Assembly: GCA_015061495.1 (NCBI GenBank)
Contig: SUWL01000004.1
Coordinates: 115 to 64,114, forward strand
Source: Lentisphaerota bacterium
GTDB taxonomy: Bacteria > Verrucomicrobiota > Lentisphaeria > Victivallales > Victivallaceae
Length of the DNA stretch: 64,000 nt
Direction: 5' to 3'
This document shows positions 35,667 through 44,981 of this stretch, piece by piece. Position 1 is the stretch's first letter. Every line of letters begins with the position of its first letter. The notes under the pieces are model-generated. The model ran no database searches. It was not told where the DNA came from and saw only the letters and a list, made by a program, of their open reading frames with translations. Position numbers and translations under genes: made by a program.

Positions 35667-36728
35667 TCAGGCGAAATTGAGGAAAATGTGCATTACGTTG
35701 ACCTTTTTCACACCGCCGTAATGTTCGGAATACTGCACCAGCAGTTTTTCCGGTTCGCCCGGTTCGCAGAGCCGCAGATTGTTGGAATAATAGCAGGAAA
35801 CTTTGTACTCTTCCAGCCAGAACCCCTCATCCCAGTTGAAACCGTCTTTGGAGGTGTAAAAGACAAAACCTCTGCCCCACTGGGCATCGGGATGACATCC
35901 CCTGCCGTGCATTATGTAATTTTCTCCGAGCCGGGAGATCTGGATGTTGCGGATGCCTTTGTCAAGTTTCATGGTCGGAACTCTTTCCCATGAGATGCCG
36001 TTGTCTTTGCTGATACTTGCATCCAGTTCAAAACCGTTGGGAATATTGCAAGCGTATGCAGCCAGTGTGCCGTCGGCAAGGAACTGCAATGCTCCGTAAG
36101 CGTGGTCGATATTGTTGATATCCACCACGCTTCTTTCCTGAAATGTTTTACCGTTATCCTTGCTGCAGTAGAGGCGGTAGAGGTGTTCCGGAGCGGTACA
36201 GATATGGTTTTCATTGCACAGTTCCAGAGCGTAGATCACACCGTCCTGCACCACGGCGTCGTAGATCCTGCCCTTGTAAGTGCTGAATTCCTGCGGTTCC
36301 GTCCAGGTCTTGCCAAAGTCGTAACTTTGCAGATAAAACGGCGTATCCCACGGTTCGCAGCAGATTTTGCTGAATTGGGTATTCCGCAGGGCGAATAAGG
36401 TGATAACTCCGTTGCAGATGACTGCTTTTTCAATGGAAATGGTGTAATTGCCATCATAAAACTGCTCTTTGGCGAATGGCAGTTCGTGGACTTCCGACCA
36501 TGATCTGCCGTAATCTTCAGAATAGCGGTATTCGATCCAGCCGAATGCGGAATGTCCGAGGCATCTTTCTGCCGAACAGTTGGAGTTGAAGTCGATTATT
36601 TTTCCCGGTTCATACTCCAGCATCGCGTGACTCATGTGTCCGCTGCGGCGGCGTGCCTGATTATTCACATAGATCTCCGGCTCACTGAAACAGAGTTTTC
36701 CGGCGATGCCGTTAAAAATTTTTCCCAT
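35667..36728 (-). CDS. BNR/Asp-box repeat protein (sialidase-superfamily beta-propeller), no signal peptide
   Basis: Four Asp-boxes: SEDYGRSW, SYDFGKTW, SKDNGKTF, SKDNGISW. No FRIP motif seen. Confidence 0.7.
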   Translation of the reverse strand: MGKIFNGIAGKLCFSEPEIYVNNQARRRSGHMSHAMLEYEPGKIIDFNSNCSAERCLGHSAFGWIEYRYSEDYGRSWSEVHELPFAKEQFYDGNYTISIEKAVICNGVITLFALRNTQFSKICCEPWDTPFYLQSYDFGKTWTEPQEFSTYKGRIYDAVVQDGVIYALELCNENHICTAPEHLYRLYCSKDNGKTFQERSVVDINNIDHAYGALQFLADGTLAAYACNIPNGFELDASISKDNGISWERVPTMKLDKGIRNIQISRLGENYIMHGRGCHPDAQWGRGFVFYTSKDGFNWDEGFWLEEYKVSCYYSNNLRLCEPGEPEKLLVQYSEHYGGVKKVNVMHIFLNFA

Positions 36729-36751
36729 GATATTTTCCCTTTTTTTGTGTG

Positions 36752-37558
36752 TTACGGAAGAATGGCGGTTTCCCCGGGCGCGATCTGCCGGATTTTTTCC
36801 TGATATTCCAGAAACAGTGTTTCCGCTGAAGGATTGTATACATTTTTACCGTCGCAGGAAACTTCGGCATTGCGGACGGCATTGACGTAACGGCAGACTT
36901 CCATAGCGGTTGCATGCCACACATCTGCGGCATCGGCGATCCGGGTGCAGAATTCTTCAATCATCTCCCAGGAAACACCGGAATTTTCCCGGTCGAATTC
37001 GAATCCGTGTCCCCAGACCATGAATAGTGAGAGTTTCCGCCATGCTTCCAGTTTCAGAAACTCCGTCAGACAGTCAAGAGCCTCTTTCTGGTGACAGGTC
37101 GGATGCCAGAGCATGAAGTCGGCGGGCAGATTGAATTTGCCGGTCGATTCTGCGGTACGGGCATAACAGATACCTGCCGCCCGGCAGATATCCACGATTT
37201 CGGGGGTATAGTTCCGCATGGGATAACTCATTCCCCGGATTTGTCTGCCGGTAAGTTTCTCCAGATTTTCCCGGTCGCACCAGATTTCCCGGATCATTTC
37301 CGACCGGGCGATCCTTTCCGGATAAGGGTGGGTGAGGGTGTGGCAGGAAATTTCATGGCCGCGGTAGATTTTCAGTGATTCTGCCGGACTCAGCCGGGAA
37401 GGGCTGTTATCATATAAGCCGGAATTGAGATGGAATGTCCCTTTGATCCCGAACCGGTTGAATATTTCCGTCAACTTCTTATCCTGACGGCATCCGTCAT
37501 CATAACTCATTACCAATGCTTTGGTTTTTCCTTGAGGCCAAGTGAAATTTACTGCCAT
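36752..37558 (-). CDS. Polysaccharide deacetylase (NodB homology, CE4)
   Basis: ALVMSYDDGCRQD (the DD motif) and HEISCHTLTH (HxxxH). ATG 37558 has the RBS aagagga. The upstream codons of the track ORF overlap the preceding gene. Confidence 0.8.
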   Translation of the reverse strand: MAVNFTWPQGKTKALVMSYDDGCRQDKKLTEIFNRFGIKGTFHLNSGLYDNSPSRLSPAESLKIYRGHEISCHTLTHPYPERIARSEMIREIWCDRENLEKLTGRQIRGMSYPMRNYTPEIVDICRAAGICYARTAESTGKFNLPADFMLWHPTCHQKEALDCLTEFLKLEAWRKLSLFMVWGHGFEFDRENSGVSWEMIEEFCTRIADAADVWHATAMEVCRYVNAVRNAEVSCDGKNVYNPSAETLFLEYQEKIRQIAPGETAILP

Positions 37559-37574
37559 GATATCTTTCCTCTTT

Positions 37575-40550
37575 TCAACGGATGATGATCGCCATGCCGT
37601 TTTCCGGCAGTTTGATGTCGAATTTGCCGTCAACACCGGATTTTACCGTTTCGTCGCTGACCATTCTGCCATCTTTACCGTAAATGCGGATTTTTGCGGA
37701 ATCAACTTTTTCATCCCAGCCGAATTTGCCGTTGTTGACGGTAATGATCCGCTCTTTGCCTCTGATCCAGCCGCCGTGGATATCCGTGACGGTGATCGGG
37801 AACATATCTCTGGTCGGCCACTCATGGCGTTCGGAAACTCCTTTAGGCGGCCAGTAGGCGGCGTAGAGGATACCGTTTTTCACCTTCCAGACCATATCAT
37901 CCATAAAGTCTTCTTCACTTACCCAGGTCGAGCGGCGTCCGTAAGCGGCCTTGCCGTTGGAACCGTGTTGTCCGAGCATTACCGGAGTGGTGAAGTGCAT
38001 CTGCGCCAGCCGGTCTTCCCGGTCGCCTTCGGAAAAGTGGATGATCGGTGCGGACATCTGCTGGATTTTCGCCGTAAGCGGCGGCGCATTGAGAACCACG
38101 ATACCGCCGCGTTTGGTGATGTAATCAAAGATATTGAATCGTGCTTCTGCGGAATAGAGGCAGAGATCGGTATATTTTCTGGCGATGGTGAAGTCCGGAT
38201 TCAGATCAACGGTGATCCCATCCCAGCGGTCATAGGTGAATCTGCCGTAATTTACTGCCGTATAGTTGGGCGTATCGAAGTAAACTCCGCCGAAATTTGC
38301 ATCCATCGCGGCTTTGGCGGTATCCATGATATACCGGTAATAGTTGTTGCCGATCGCCGGGTAGTGATAGGCGTGAAAAAGACCGATCTCTCCGCTCTGA
38401 TAGGTGCTGCGGGGACTTGCACCTTTGCGCGCTCTGCCGTATTCCGGAATGGAACCGTCGGCATTGATGATCAGAGAATCTGCCATCAGGTCAGGACAGT
38501 TGTCCTTGTTTCTCCATGAGAAAACCATTTGAAACTGCAGCAGCACTTTGGCATCGGGACGGAGCATGACCGCCCGGTCTTTCCACTCTTTATGGATCCG
38601 GATCTCTTTGACCGGGTCAAAGGTGGTTGCGTGATAATCCGCCGCATTGAACCACTTTTGTCCGTCGATGATCAATTTGGAACCCAGGGCATCGTACCGT
38701 TTGATAAATGCTTCATCGCGTTTGGTAACGTGTGCGCCATTCCAGCTGATCATGCCGGGCAGGGTTTTGGAGTTGACTTGCCAGTCGCTTCTTACGGCAT
38801 TTACCATGTCAAAGTAATCATTGGATGGCAGAATATATACGCTGTACTGCAAAACTCTTTCCGCTCCGGGGGTGAAACCGAGGTGGGAAGTTCCCGCTTC
38901 ACCGTCGATGACACTGGCACGGTAATGTGCCTGCAGCCGGAAAATATCATCTGCCAGCACCAGACCGACCCCCAGCGGATTTTTTTTGAATCCCCAGAAC
39001 ATCGAACTGTTGGCATTGGGATAGTTGTGACTGCTCAACCCCGCTTCATACGCCTGACAGCCATGCTTTCTTACGATGTCGGCCCGGCTGTCGGAAATGA
39101 GATTGACGGAAACTTTCATTCCCAGGTCGTTTCGGGTGGTATTGCGGATCCTGTCAGTGACATGGACGGCATTGCCGGCACAACGGATGGTACGGGTTAT
39201 CCGGTAATATTTGCCGGCGGCTTCCACGGTGAATACTCCGTTTTTGCCGGAAACGGTCTTTTTGAACTCTTTTTCGCTTTTGACCGGAGCTGCCCCGTCA
39301 CAGTTGAAAGTGTTGAATCCGGCTTTCGGATAGCTGTAGGAACTTTCCAGAAAGAACTTGCGGTCACCGGCGGAAATCTGTACTCCACCTGCCGGCGCGA
39401 TGGAAAGCGTATATGCCGGAGAGGAAAATTGATGTTCGGATGCTGCCATTTTTCTGGTCGGCACATGGCGCGCCGGAGAGAGCGCAGCGCATTCCATGGG
39501 AACGTAACCGGCTGCGGTATCGCAGACATAGAGGAACGGATTGCCGTTTTTGAAACCTTTTCTTTCGTTGAAAGTTGCCGGATTGGTCAGGCTTTTGAAA
39601 GTAACGGTGTTTTCACCCTCTTTGAGCATATCGTCGATATCAATGTAGTACCAGTTGATCTTTTGTGCTTCCGGAGAGGTTCCGTGTTTGGCAAAAGGAC
39701 CCCATTTCGGGCCGTGCATGATGGTGATGCGGCCTTTCTGGGCGATGATGGCTTCTCTGCCGCCCATGAAGTAATTGCCCCGGTTGAGCATACGGTGCAG
39801 ATTGCTGTTGTCCTCTTTGGCAAGCAGATTGCCGTTGACGGCGATCTGCAGATTGCTGTGGCTGCCGGTACCGCCGTAGGAGAGGCGGGCGCGGAAACGG
39901 ATGACTCTCCGGTAGCCGGCTCTGGCGGGGAGAGTGAATTTGAATGCTTTTTCCGGAGACCCCTGCGGCAGCGTGATATTTCCGCCGTTGGCGGCAGATT
40001 CAAAACTGCGTTCGACCGGATCGGGCAGATCGGTGACGTTGACGATCTCGTGGCGGACATTGGTCAGGATCATGGTATATCCTTTGGGGCCGCAATTGGC
40101 GACAGCCGCACTGTTTTTTCCGTCGGCAAGGGCATCGGTCACGTCTGCAGAATAGCAGTAAAGCTGGTCATAATCAGCCGGGCAGTAGATATGTTCGATC
40201 TCTTCGCTGGAGTTGTTGGATGCCACGCACCACAAACCCTTATTCACATAGTTTTTGCCGGTTCCATGAAAGGTGGGACTTTTGCGGTTGATCAGCCGCA
40301 GAACTCCGGAACCTGCCGGTGAGAGATATGGAGAAAGAGTTTTGCCGTTGACCGAAATTTTCATATACCAGTCATTGCCGATGCGCGGGGGACGGTCGTA
40401 ACGTGCCTTGAAGTGAAATATCACCCGCTTGCCGGCAGCGGCTTTGCCGGATGGCAGTTTGACTTCATACTTCTCTCCCGGCTGCAGTACCACCGCCTGA
40501 AGCATGACGGTGCAGCCCAGTATCAGCATCAGCGTCGCAAATTTTTTCAT
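37575..40550 (-). CDS. Large secreted hypothetical protein (991 aa), probable carbohydrate-active enzyme
   Basis: Signal peptide MKKFATLMLILGCTVMLQA. Two paralogous N-terminal segments (VIFHFKARYDRPP..ISVNGKTL and VIRFRARLSYGG..IAVNGNLL). The C-terminal ~450 aa are alpha/beta-like. I recognise no diagnostic motif. Confidence 0.55.
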   Translation of the reverse strand: MKKFATLMLILGCTVMLQAVVLQPGEKYEVKLPSGKAAAGKRVIFHFKARYDRPPRIGNDWYMKISVNGKTLSPYLSPAGSGVLRLINRKSPTFHGTGKNYVNKGLWCVASNNSSEEIEHIYCPADYDQLYCYSADVTDALADGKNSAAVANCGPKGYTMILTNVRHEIVNVTDLPDPVERSFESAANGGNITLPQGSPEKAFKFTLPARAGYRRVIRFRARLSYGGTGSHSNLQIAVNGNLLAKEDNSNLHRMLNRGNYFMGGREAIIAQKGRITIMHGPKWGPFAKHGTSPEAQKINWYYIDIDDMLKEGENTVTFKSLTNPATFNERKGFKNGNPFLYVCDTAAGYVPMECAALSPARHVPTRKMAASEHQFSSPAYTLSIAPAGGVQISAGDRKFFLESSYSYPKAGFNTFNCDGAAPVKSEKEFKKTVSGKNGVFTVEAAGKYYRITRTIRCAGNAVHVTDRIRNTTRNDLGMKVSVNLISDSRADIVRKHGCQAYEAGLSSHNYPNANSSMFWGFKKNPLGVGLVLADDIFRLQAHYRASVIDGEAGTSHLGFTPGAERVLQYSVYILPSNDYFDMVNAVRSDWQVNSKTLPGMISWNGAHVTKRDEAFIKRYDALGSKLIIDGQKWFNAADYHATTFDPVKEIRIHKEWKDRAVMLRPDAKVLLQFQMVFSWRNKDNCPDLMADSLIINADGSIPEYGRARKGASPRSTYQSGEIGLFHAYHYPAIGNNYYRYIMDTAKAAMDANFGGVYFDTPNYTAVNYGRFTYDRWDGITVDLNPDFTIARKYTDLCLYSAEARFNIFDYITKRGGIVVLNAPPLTAKIQQMSAPIIHFSEGDREDRLAQMHFTTPVMLGQHGSNGKAAYGRRSTWVSEEDFMDDMVWKVKNGILYAAYWPPKGVSERHEWPTRDMFPITVTDIHGGWIRGKERIITVNNGKFGWDEKVDSAKIRIYGKDGRMVSDETVKSGVDGKFDIKLPENGMAIIIR

Positions 40551-40561
40551 CTTGAACTCCT

Positions 40562-41578
40562 TTATAATTCAAATTTTTCCTGATAATGGATTTCAAATCC
40601 GTCCCCGGTGAATTTCACCGGCAGCCAGCAGTAACGGCTGTCGATGAAGTTCTGATCGTTCCAGAGGTCGAACATCGCCACATAAGTATCTCCGGCGCGG
40701 AAGACTGCGGAACTTTGTCCTCCGAAAGTGATTTCAGCTCCCGCTCCCCGGCAGGGATTGCCCAGCATGGTGTATTCTCCCATCACTGAATCGGCAACTG
40801 CGCTGCGGGCGGCATTGGGGCGCCAGCCGGTACAGCCGCTGGCAAGCAGGTAATATTTGTTCCGGTAAGTGAAAAGGGCTTCCCCTTCGTTCCAGCGATC
40901 CGGAAGCACCCGGACATAACGCCCGCTCCAGTAAAGATAATCGTCAGTAAGTTCGGCAATATGCAGGGTGCTGTTGTGTTCCGACGCGTAAATATGAAAC
41001 GCTTTGCCGTCGCTGTCCACAAAGAGATTCATATCCCTTGCCATTTGTCCTCCGGCGAAATCCCGGAGGTAGAAGTTGGAATTTTTCAACTCCTCATATT
41101 CTCCGTTGCGCATCAGATGTTCGGGCAGGTAACTTCCGGGTTCCACGGTTCCGGCATTCAGCGGCAGAAAACCGGCATTCGGACGTTCCGCCGAAATAAA
41201 GGTGAATGGTCCTGCCGGATCATCGGCAATTGCCAGTCCGCGTTTGGCGATCCGGTGTTCGAGGTTGCTGGAGTGAAAATACATGACAAATTTGCCGCTT
41301 TTTTCACAATATATCACCTTTGGCCGTTCAATGCGGCATCCGGCGCAGACCGGATGACCGGGGGTGTTGTTTACCTGCAGTACGATTCCGCAATCCTGCC
41401 ACTTCTGCAGATCCTGCGAAGCATACATACGGACTCCGTCATAGGCAAGTTTACCGTTGACTCCGGGACCTTTATGTTCGCCGTACCAGTAAAATACCCC
41501 CCGGTGTTCGAGGATGCCGCCGCCATGAGCGTTGATATGTCTGCCGCGGTCATCCAGCCACAGTGCGCCGTTAAGCAT
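40562..41578 (-). CDS. Glycoside hydrolase family 43-like (5-bladed beta-propeller)
   Basis: INAHGGGILEHRGVFYWYGEHK, ARDMNLFVDSDGKAFHIYASE and EGEALFTYRNKYYLLASG resemble GH43 blades with the catalytic Asp/Glu context. No signal peptide. Confidence 0.72.
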   Translation of the reverse strand: MLNGALWLDDRGRHINAHGGGILEHRGVFYWYGEHKGPGVNGKLAYDGVRMYASQDLQKWQDCGIVLQVNNTPGHPVCAGCRIERPKVIYCEKSGKFVMYFHSSNLEHRIAKRGLAIADDPAGPFTFISAERPNAGFLPLNAGTVEPGSYLPEHLMRNGEYEELKNSNFYLRDFAGGQMARDMNLFVDSDGKAFHIYASEHNSTLHIAELTDDYLYWSGRYVRVLPDRWNEGEALFTYRNKYYLLASGCTGWRPNAARSAVADSVMGEYTMLGNPCRGAGAEITFGGQSSAVFRAGDTYVAMFDLWNDQNFIDSRYCWLPVKFTGDGFEIHYQEKFEL

Positions 41579-41581
41579 GTT

Positions 41582-42568
41582 TTACTGACCTCCGAGGGCT
41601 TTTACGCAAGTCGAAGTTGCTCCGCTGGCATCGGTGAAGTACCAGGCATTGTTGCCGTACGCGGTATCTTTGGTTTCACTGCGCAGATAGATGCCGTTGA
41701 GCGTATGAGGAACCGTTCCGACATCGACCAGATCGGCGTGACCGTCGAGGAATCCAAAGGCAAACAGACCGTTGTGCATGGGGATCGCGCGTCCTTCTTT
41801 ACCTTTGGTTCCGGTGTAGGCGCGCATTTTCACCCACGGAACGCCCTGATTTTTTTTGCCCATCCAGTCTTCACTTGATGAGTCGCCCAATGCCGGATAA
41901 ACGCTTGCTTTGGCGATTTTTTTGATATTCAACGCCCGGGTGTTGCTGTCGACACGGACAAACTTTCCGTCGACGAGATAGCCGTAAACGCCGGTGGCGC
42001 TGGATGCCGGACTGGGGGAATCGGTTGAGGCAAGATAACGCGGCAGCAGTTCCGGACATACATAAGCGTCACGGGTCGGCTCTTTCGGAATGAATCCGGA
42101 CTGGAAAAGGGTGTAGTTCCAGTAGAAATTGCTGCTGCCGGGTTTGCTTTCAAAGATCATCAGATCTTCAAAACTGCCGGCATACATGGCGATATATGCG
42201 GTTTGCTGTTTCAAGTTGGAAATGCAGCTTGCTGCTCTGCCGCGCTGCCGGGCAGAATTGAGTGCCGGAAGCAGGATCGCCGCTAAAATAGCAATAATGG
42301 CGATGACGACGAGCAATTCTATTAAAGTAAATGCGTGTGCGGGGGACAAGGAAAACTTTTTTTCACGAGAAAAAAAGTTTTCCCTTTCCCCCGCGCCCCC
42401 TTTCTCTTTCAAAAAAAGCGGACTTCTTTTGAATGACAGATCATGCCCCGCCGTGCGGAAAAATTTTTGCTCGAAAAAATGCAATGATGACAGAGTACTG
42501 CTTACCAACAGTTCGATCAAAGTGAAACGGAAGTGTTTTACTTTACGGCGTGACAGTAGCTGTTTCAT
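41582..42568 (-). CDS. Prepilin-type N-terminal methylation-domain protein with a C-terminal H-X9-DG motif (DUF1559-type pseudopilin). It carries a duplicated leader.
   Basis: [32 protein letters not shown] at residues 80-111, and [13 protein letters not shown] (H-X9-DG) near the C-terminus. An extra degenerate leader [22 protein letters not shown] sits at residues 1-22. The ATG overlaps the aldolase stop (ATGA). Confidence 0.85.
   Translation of the reverse strand: MKQLLSRRKVKHFRFTLIELLVSSTLSSLHFFEQKFFRTAGHDLSFKRSPLFLKEKGGAGERENFFSREKKFSLSPAHAFTLIELLVVIAIIAILAAILLPALNSARQRGRAASCISNLKQQTAYIAMYAGSFEDLMIFESKPGSSNFYWNYTLFQSGFIPKEPTRDAYVCPELLPRYLASTDSPSPASSATGVYGYLVDGKFVRVDSNTRALNIKKIAKASVYPALGDSSSEDWMGKKNQGVPWVKMRAYTGTKGKEGRAIPMHNGLFAFGFLDGHADLVDVGTVPHTLNGIYLRSETKDTAYGNNAWYFTDASGATSTCVKALGGQ
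42350..42383 (-). repeat. Perfect 14-bp AT-rich hairpin inside the pseudopilin 5' region, related to the hairpins at 1-302
   Basis: ggaaaacttttttt-cacgag-aaaaaaagttttcc on the plus strand. On the minus strand the core reads ttttctcgtgaaaa, identical to the 14-nt core of the 91-bp unit. Confidence 0.9.
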
Positions 42569-43344
42569 TTCAAGGCCTCCTTTGGGTTGTTTAACTTACT
42601 TATCATATCCTGTGAATTGCGGAACAATGCTCCGTAATCCGTAGTCACAGCCGCCCAGTTGAGATTCCGGTGTTTCCATTCTCCAATATCGGAAACAAAT
42701 GCCCCTGCCATTACTCCGGCACGGTGGGCTTTGGCACAGATCTCATCGATTACTTTGCCGACTTCCGGATCATCCGGCTGGGCAAATTTATTCATGGAAC
42801 CGGAAAGATCATACGGGCCGACGCAGATGCTGCCAAGATGTTTTACTTTCAGGATCTCATCGAGGTTGCGTACTGCATCGATGTGTTCAATCTGGGCGAT
42901 GATCAGCGGCTCTTTTTCCGATTCCCGGAAATATTCTCCGGTGGACTTGGTTCCGTAATTTACCGCCCGGCGCAATCCGCATCCCCGGGTGCCTTCCGGC
43001 GGGTAGCGGCAGGCGGAAACGGCATTTTCCAACTCTCCGGCGGATTTTATCATGGGGATGATGATTCCTGCCGGGGCGAGGTCGATGACCGGTTTGATCA
43101 ATGCCGGATCGTTTCCTGCCACCCGGACAAAGGGAGCGCAGTCGGTTCCCCGCAGAGCCATGATGTGATTGGAAACATCGGTGATGGTCAGCGGAGAGTG
43201 TTCCATATCGATCCAGGTGAAGTCAAATCCGGCATCTCCGGCAAGTTCACTTACTGCCGGATCACTGAAAGTGATGACCATGCCGGAAGCGCATTTCCCG
43301 GAAGATACTGCAGCGATAAATTTTTCAAAATTATTGATCTGCAT
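42565..43344 (-). CDS. HpcH/HpaI-family 2-keto-3-deoxy-sugar-acid aldolase
   Basis: [58 protein letters not shown] and [10 protein letters not shown] are typical of HpcH/HpaI/YfaU aldolases. Confidence 0.82.
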   Translation of the reverse strand: MQINNFEKFIAAVSSGKCASGMVITFSDPAVSELAGDAGFDFTWIDMEHSPLTITDVSNHIMALRGTDCAPFVRVAGNDPALIKPVIDLAPAGIIIPMIKSAGELENAVSACRYPPEGTRGCGLRRAVNYGTKSTGEYFRESEKEPLIIAQIEHIDAVRNLDEILKVKHLGSICVGPYDLSGSMNKFAQPDDPEVGKVIDEICAKAHRAGVMAGAFVSDIGEWKHRNLNWAAVTTDYGALFRNSQDMISKLNNPKEALK

Positions 43345-43356
43345 ATTTTTTCATCC

Positions 43357-43995
43357 TTATGTCGGCATAATATGTTGGAGAATGAGTTTGGTGAATTGTT
43401 CCAGATCGCGCTCCCGGAGAACTTCAACGAGCCGGCAGTGACTGTGATAACCGATTTCGCGCCATGAGCGGCTGAGGAGTCTTTCCCGGTATTTTTTCTG
43501 GAAAAGTATCGGCAGAATATTGGTGAAAAGGCTCAATACCCGGTTGTGGCAACAGCTGAAAAGCAGAACGTGAAATTGACTGTCCAACTCTTCAAAACGC
43601 AGTGAGTCATCCAGAGAATTTTGCTGTTCAGCAAGATTCTGCTCCAGTTTTTCCAGATTTTTCGGGGTGATGCGGGAAATGATCAGCGGAGCGATCGCCG
43701 ATTCCAGGATCATACGCATCTCTTTCATCTCTTCAAAGTAGAATCCCCCCATTTGCAGGCAGAAAGCGAAACTGCGGTTGAGATCTTCATTGTTGAGTTC
43801 CTGAATGATCGTACCGCGCCTCTTTACCCTTTTGAGCAGTCCCAACTGGGCAAAATGCTGGATGACTTCCCGGATATCGCCGCGGGTGACATTGAATATT
43901 TCTGCCAGTTCCATCTCTTTAGGGATGGTGTCTCCCACAGTCAGACCGGAGGTCAAAAGATAATCTTGAAATCTCTGGATCAAAGGTTTATTCAT
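43357..43995 (-). CDS. GntR/FadR-family transcriptional regulator
   Basis: Winged-HTH IPKEMELAEIFNVTRGDIREVIQHFAQLGLLKRVKRRGTII followed by an all-helical FCD-like C-terminal domain. Confidence 0.85.
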   Translation of the reverse strand: MNKPLIQRFQDYLLTSGLTVGDTIPKEMELAEIFNVTRGDIREVIQHFAQLGLLKRVKRRGTIIQELNNEDLNRSFAFCLQMGGFYFEEMKEMRMILESAIAPLIISRITPKNLEKLEQNLAEQQNSLDDSLRFEELDSQFHVLLFSCCHNRVLSLFTNILPILFQKKYRERLLSRSWREIGYHSHCRLVEVLRERDLEQFTKLILQHIMPT

Positions 43996-44042
43996 AATTT
44001 TATTCCTGTTTTCGGATATAGTTGATTTCTTCCGGATCTGTT

Positions 44043-44078
44043 ATAATATAACATAATGATTTAATATGTCAACATATT
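44043..44078 (-). promoter_or_regulatory. Candidate gntR-operon promoter with an overlapping GntR-type palindromic operator
   Basis: On the minus strand: TTGACA (44072-44067), 18 nt, TATTAT (44048-44043). The palindrome AATATGT-CA-ACATATT at 44063-44078 fits the GT-N-AC core of GntR-family operators. Confidence 0.45.
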
Positions 44079-44114
44079 TTGCAAAAAATTTGTATTTTTT
44101 TGCAAAATTATTTT

Positions 44115-44192
44115 TTTTGAGGAAAAATCCCTGCCGTTTTGAGTTTTTTCCTGCAGTTGAGCCGTGCGGTTGTGCGGCTCTTGCTTTTTTTT
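44115..44192 (+). ncRNA. Candidate small RNA: two hairpins ending in an intrinsic terminator, with no upstream plus-strand CDS
   Basis: Hairpin 1 is aggaaaaa/tttttcct (44120-44152). Hairpin 2 is gagccgtgc-GGTT-gtgcggctc (44159-44180), followed by ttgctttttttt. A possible promoter is TTGCAA (44079-44084), 18 nt, CAAAAT. Confidence 0.2.
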
Positions 44193-44368
44193 ACTTGCAT
44201 TCCCATTTTCCGGGTGTACAGTATCAAGCGGGGGACGAATGTGGGACGAATGAATCCTCCGACAGTCGAAAAATAATGGAAAAGAACGCAAAATACTAAA
44301 AGGAGGCAAAATACAGCAATTTTGCGTGTTTAAGAGGGATTCTGCCTGAAAGAAGGGGAAATTCGTTT

Positions 44369-44971
44369 AAAATGAAAATGGCTCCCTCCTGCGCTAAAGC
44401 TCCGGAGGACAAGCCGGCTCTTGGGCTGCCTTCGCTTCGCTCACGCACATCGCTTCGCGCTGTCAAACCACCCCGATGGGGATTTTGGTTATTTTTTGCA
44501 TACACAAAAAATGCAGATTGCTTTCACAATCTGCCGATCCTGCGGTTTGTCGCCATTTTTCATTCATTTAAAATGAAAATGGCTCCCTCCTGCGCTAAAG
44601 CTCCGGAGGACAAGCCGGCACCTGGGCTGCCTTCGCTTCGCTCACGCACATCGCTTCGCGCTGTCAAACCACCCCGATGGGGACTTCGGTTATTTTTTGC
44701 AGACACAAAAAATGCAGATTGCTTTCACAATCTGCCGATCCTGCGGTTTGTCGCCATTTTTCATTCATTTAAAATGAAAATGGCTCCCTCCTGCGCTAAA
44801 GCTCCGGAGGACAAGCCGGCACCTGGGCTGCCTTCGCTTCGCTCACGCACATCGCTTCGCGCTGTCAAACCACCCCGATGGGGACTTTGGTTATTTTTTG
44901 CATACACAAAAAATGCAGATTGCTTCCACAATCTGCCGATCCTGCGGTTTGTCGCCATTTTTCATTTATTT
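44369..44971. repeat. Three tandem 201-bp units (97-98% identical) abutting the 3' end of tRNA-Asn
   Basis: Units start at 44369, 44570 and 44771. A 4th start at 44972 runs into the tRNA. Each unit begins with the tRNA trailer plus 3' end (aaaatgaaaatggctcc), contains ccggcacctgggct (identical to the tRNA T-stem/acceptor sequence) and carries a terminator hairpin. Confidence 0.95.
44908..44936 (-). terminator. Intrinsic terminator downstream of tRNA-Asn. Duplicate copies lie at about 44707-44735 and 44506-44534.
   Basis: On the minus strand: gcagattg-tggaag-caatctgc followed by attttttg. The only inter-copy difference falls in the loop; the stems are invariant. Confidence 0.7.
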
Positions 44972-44981
44972 AAAATGAAAA

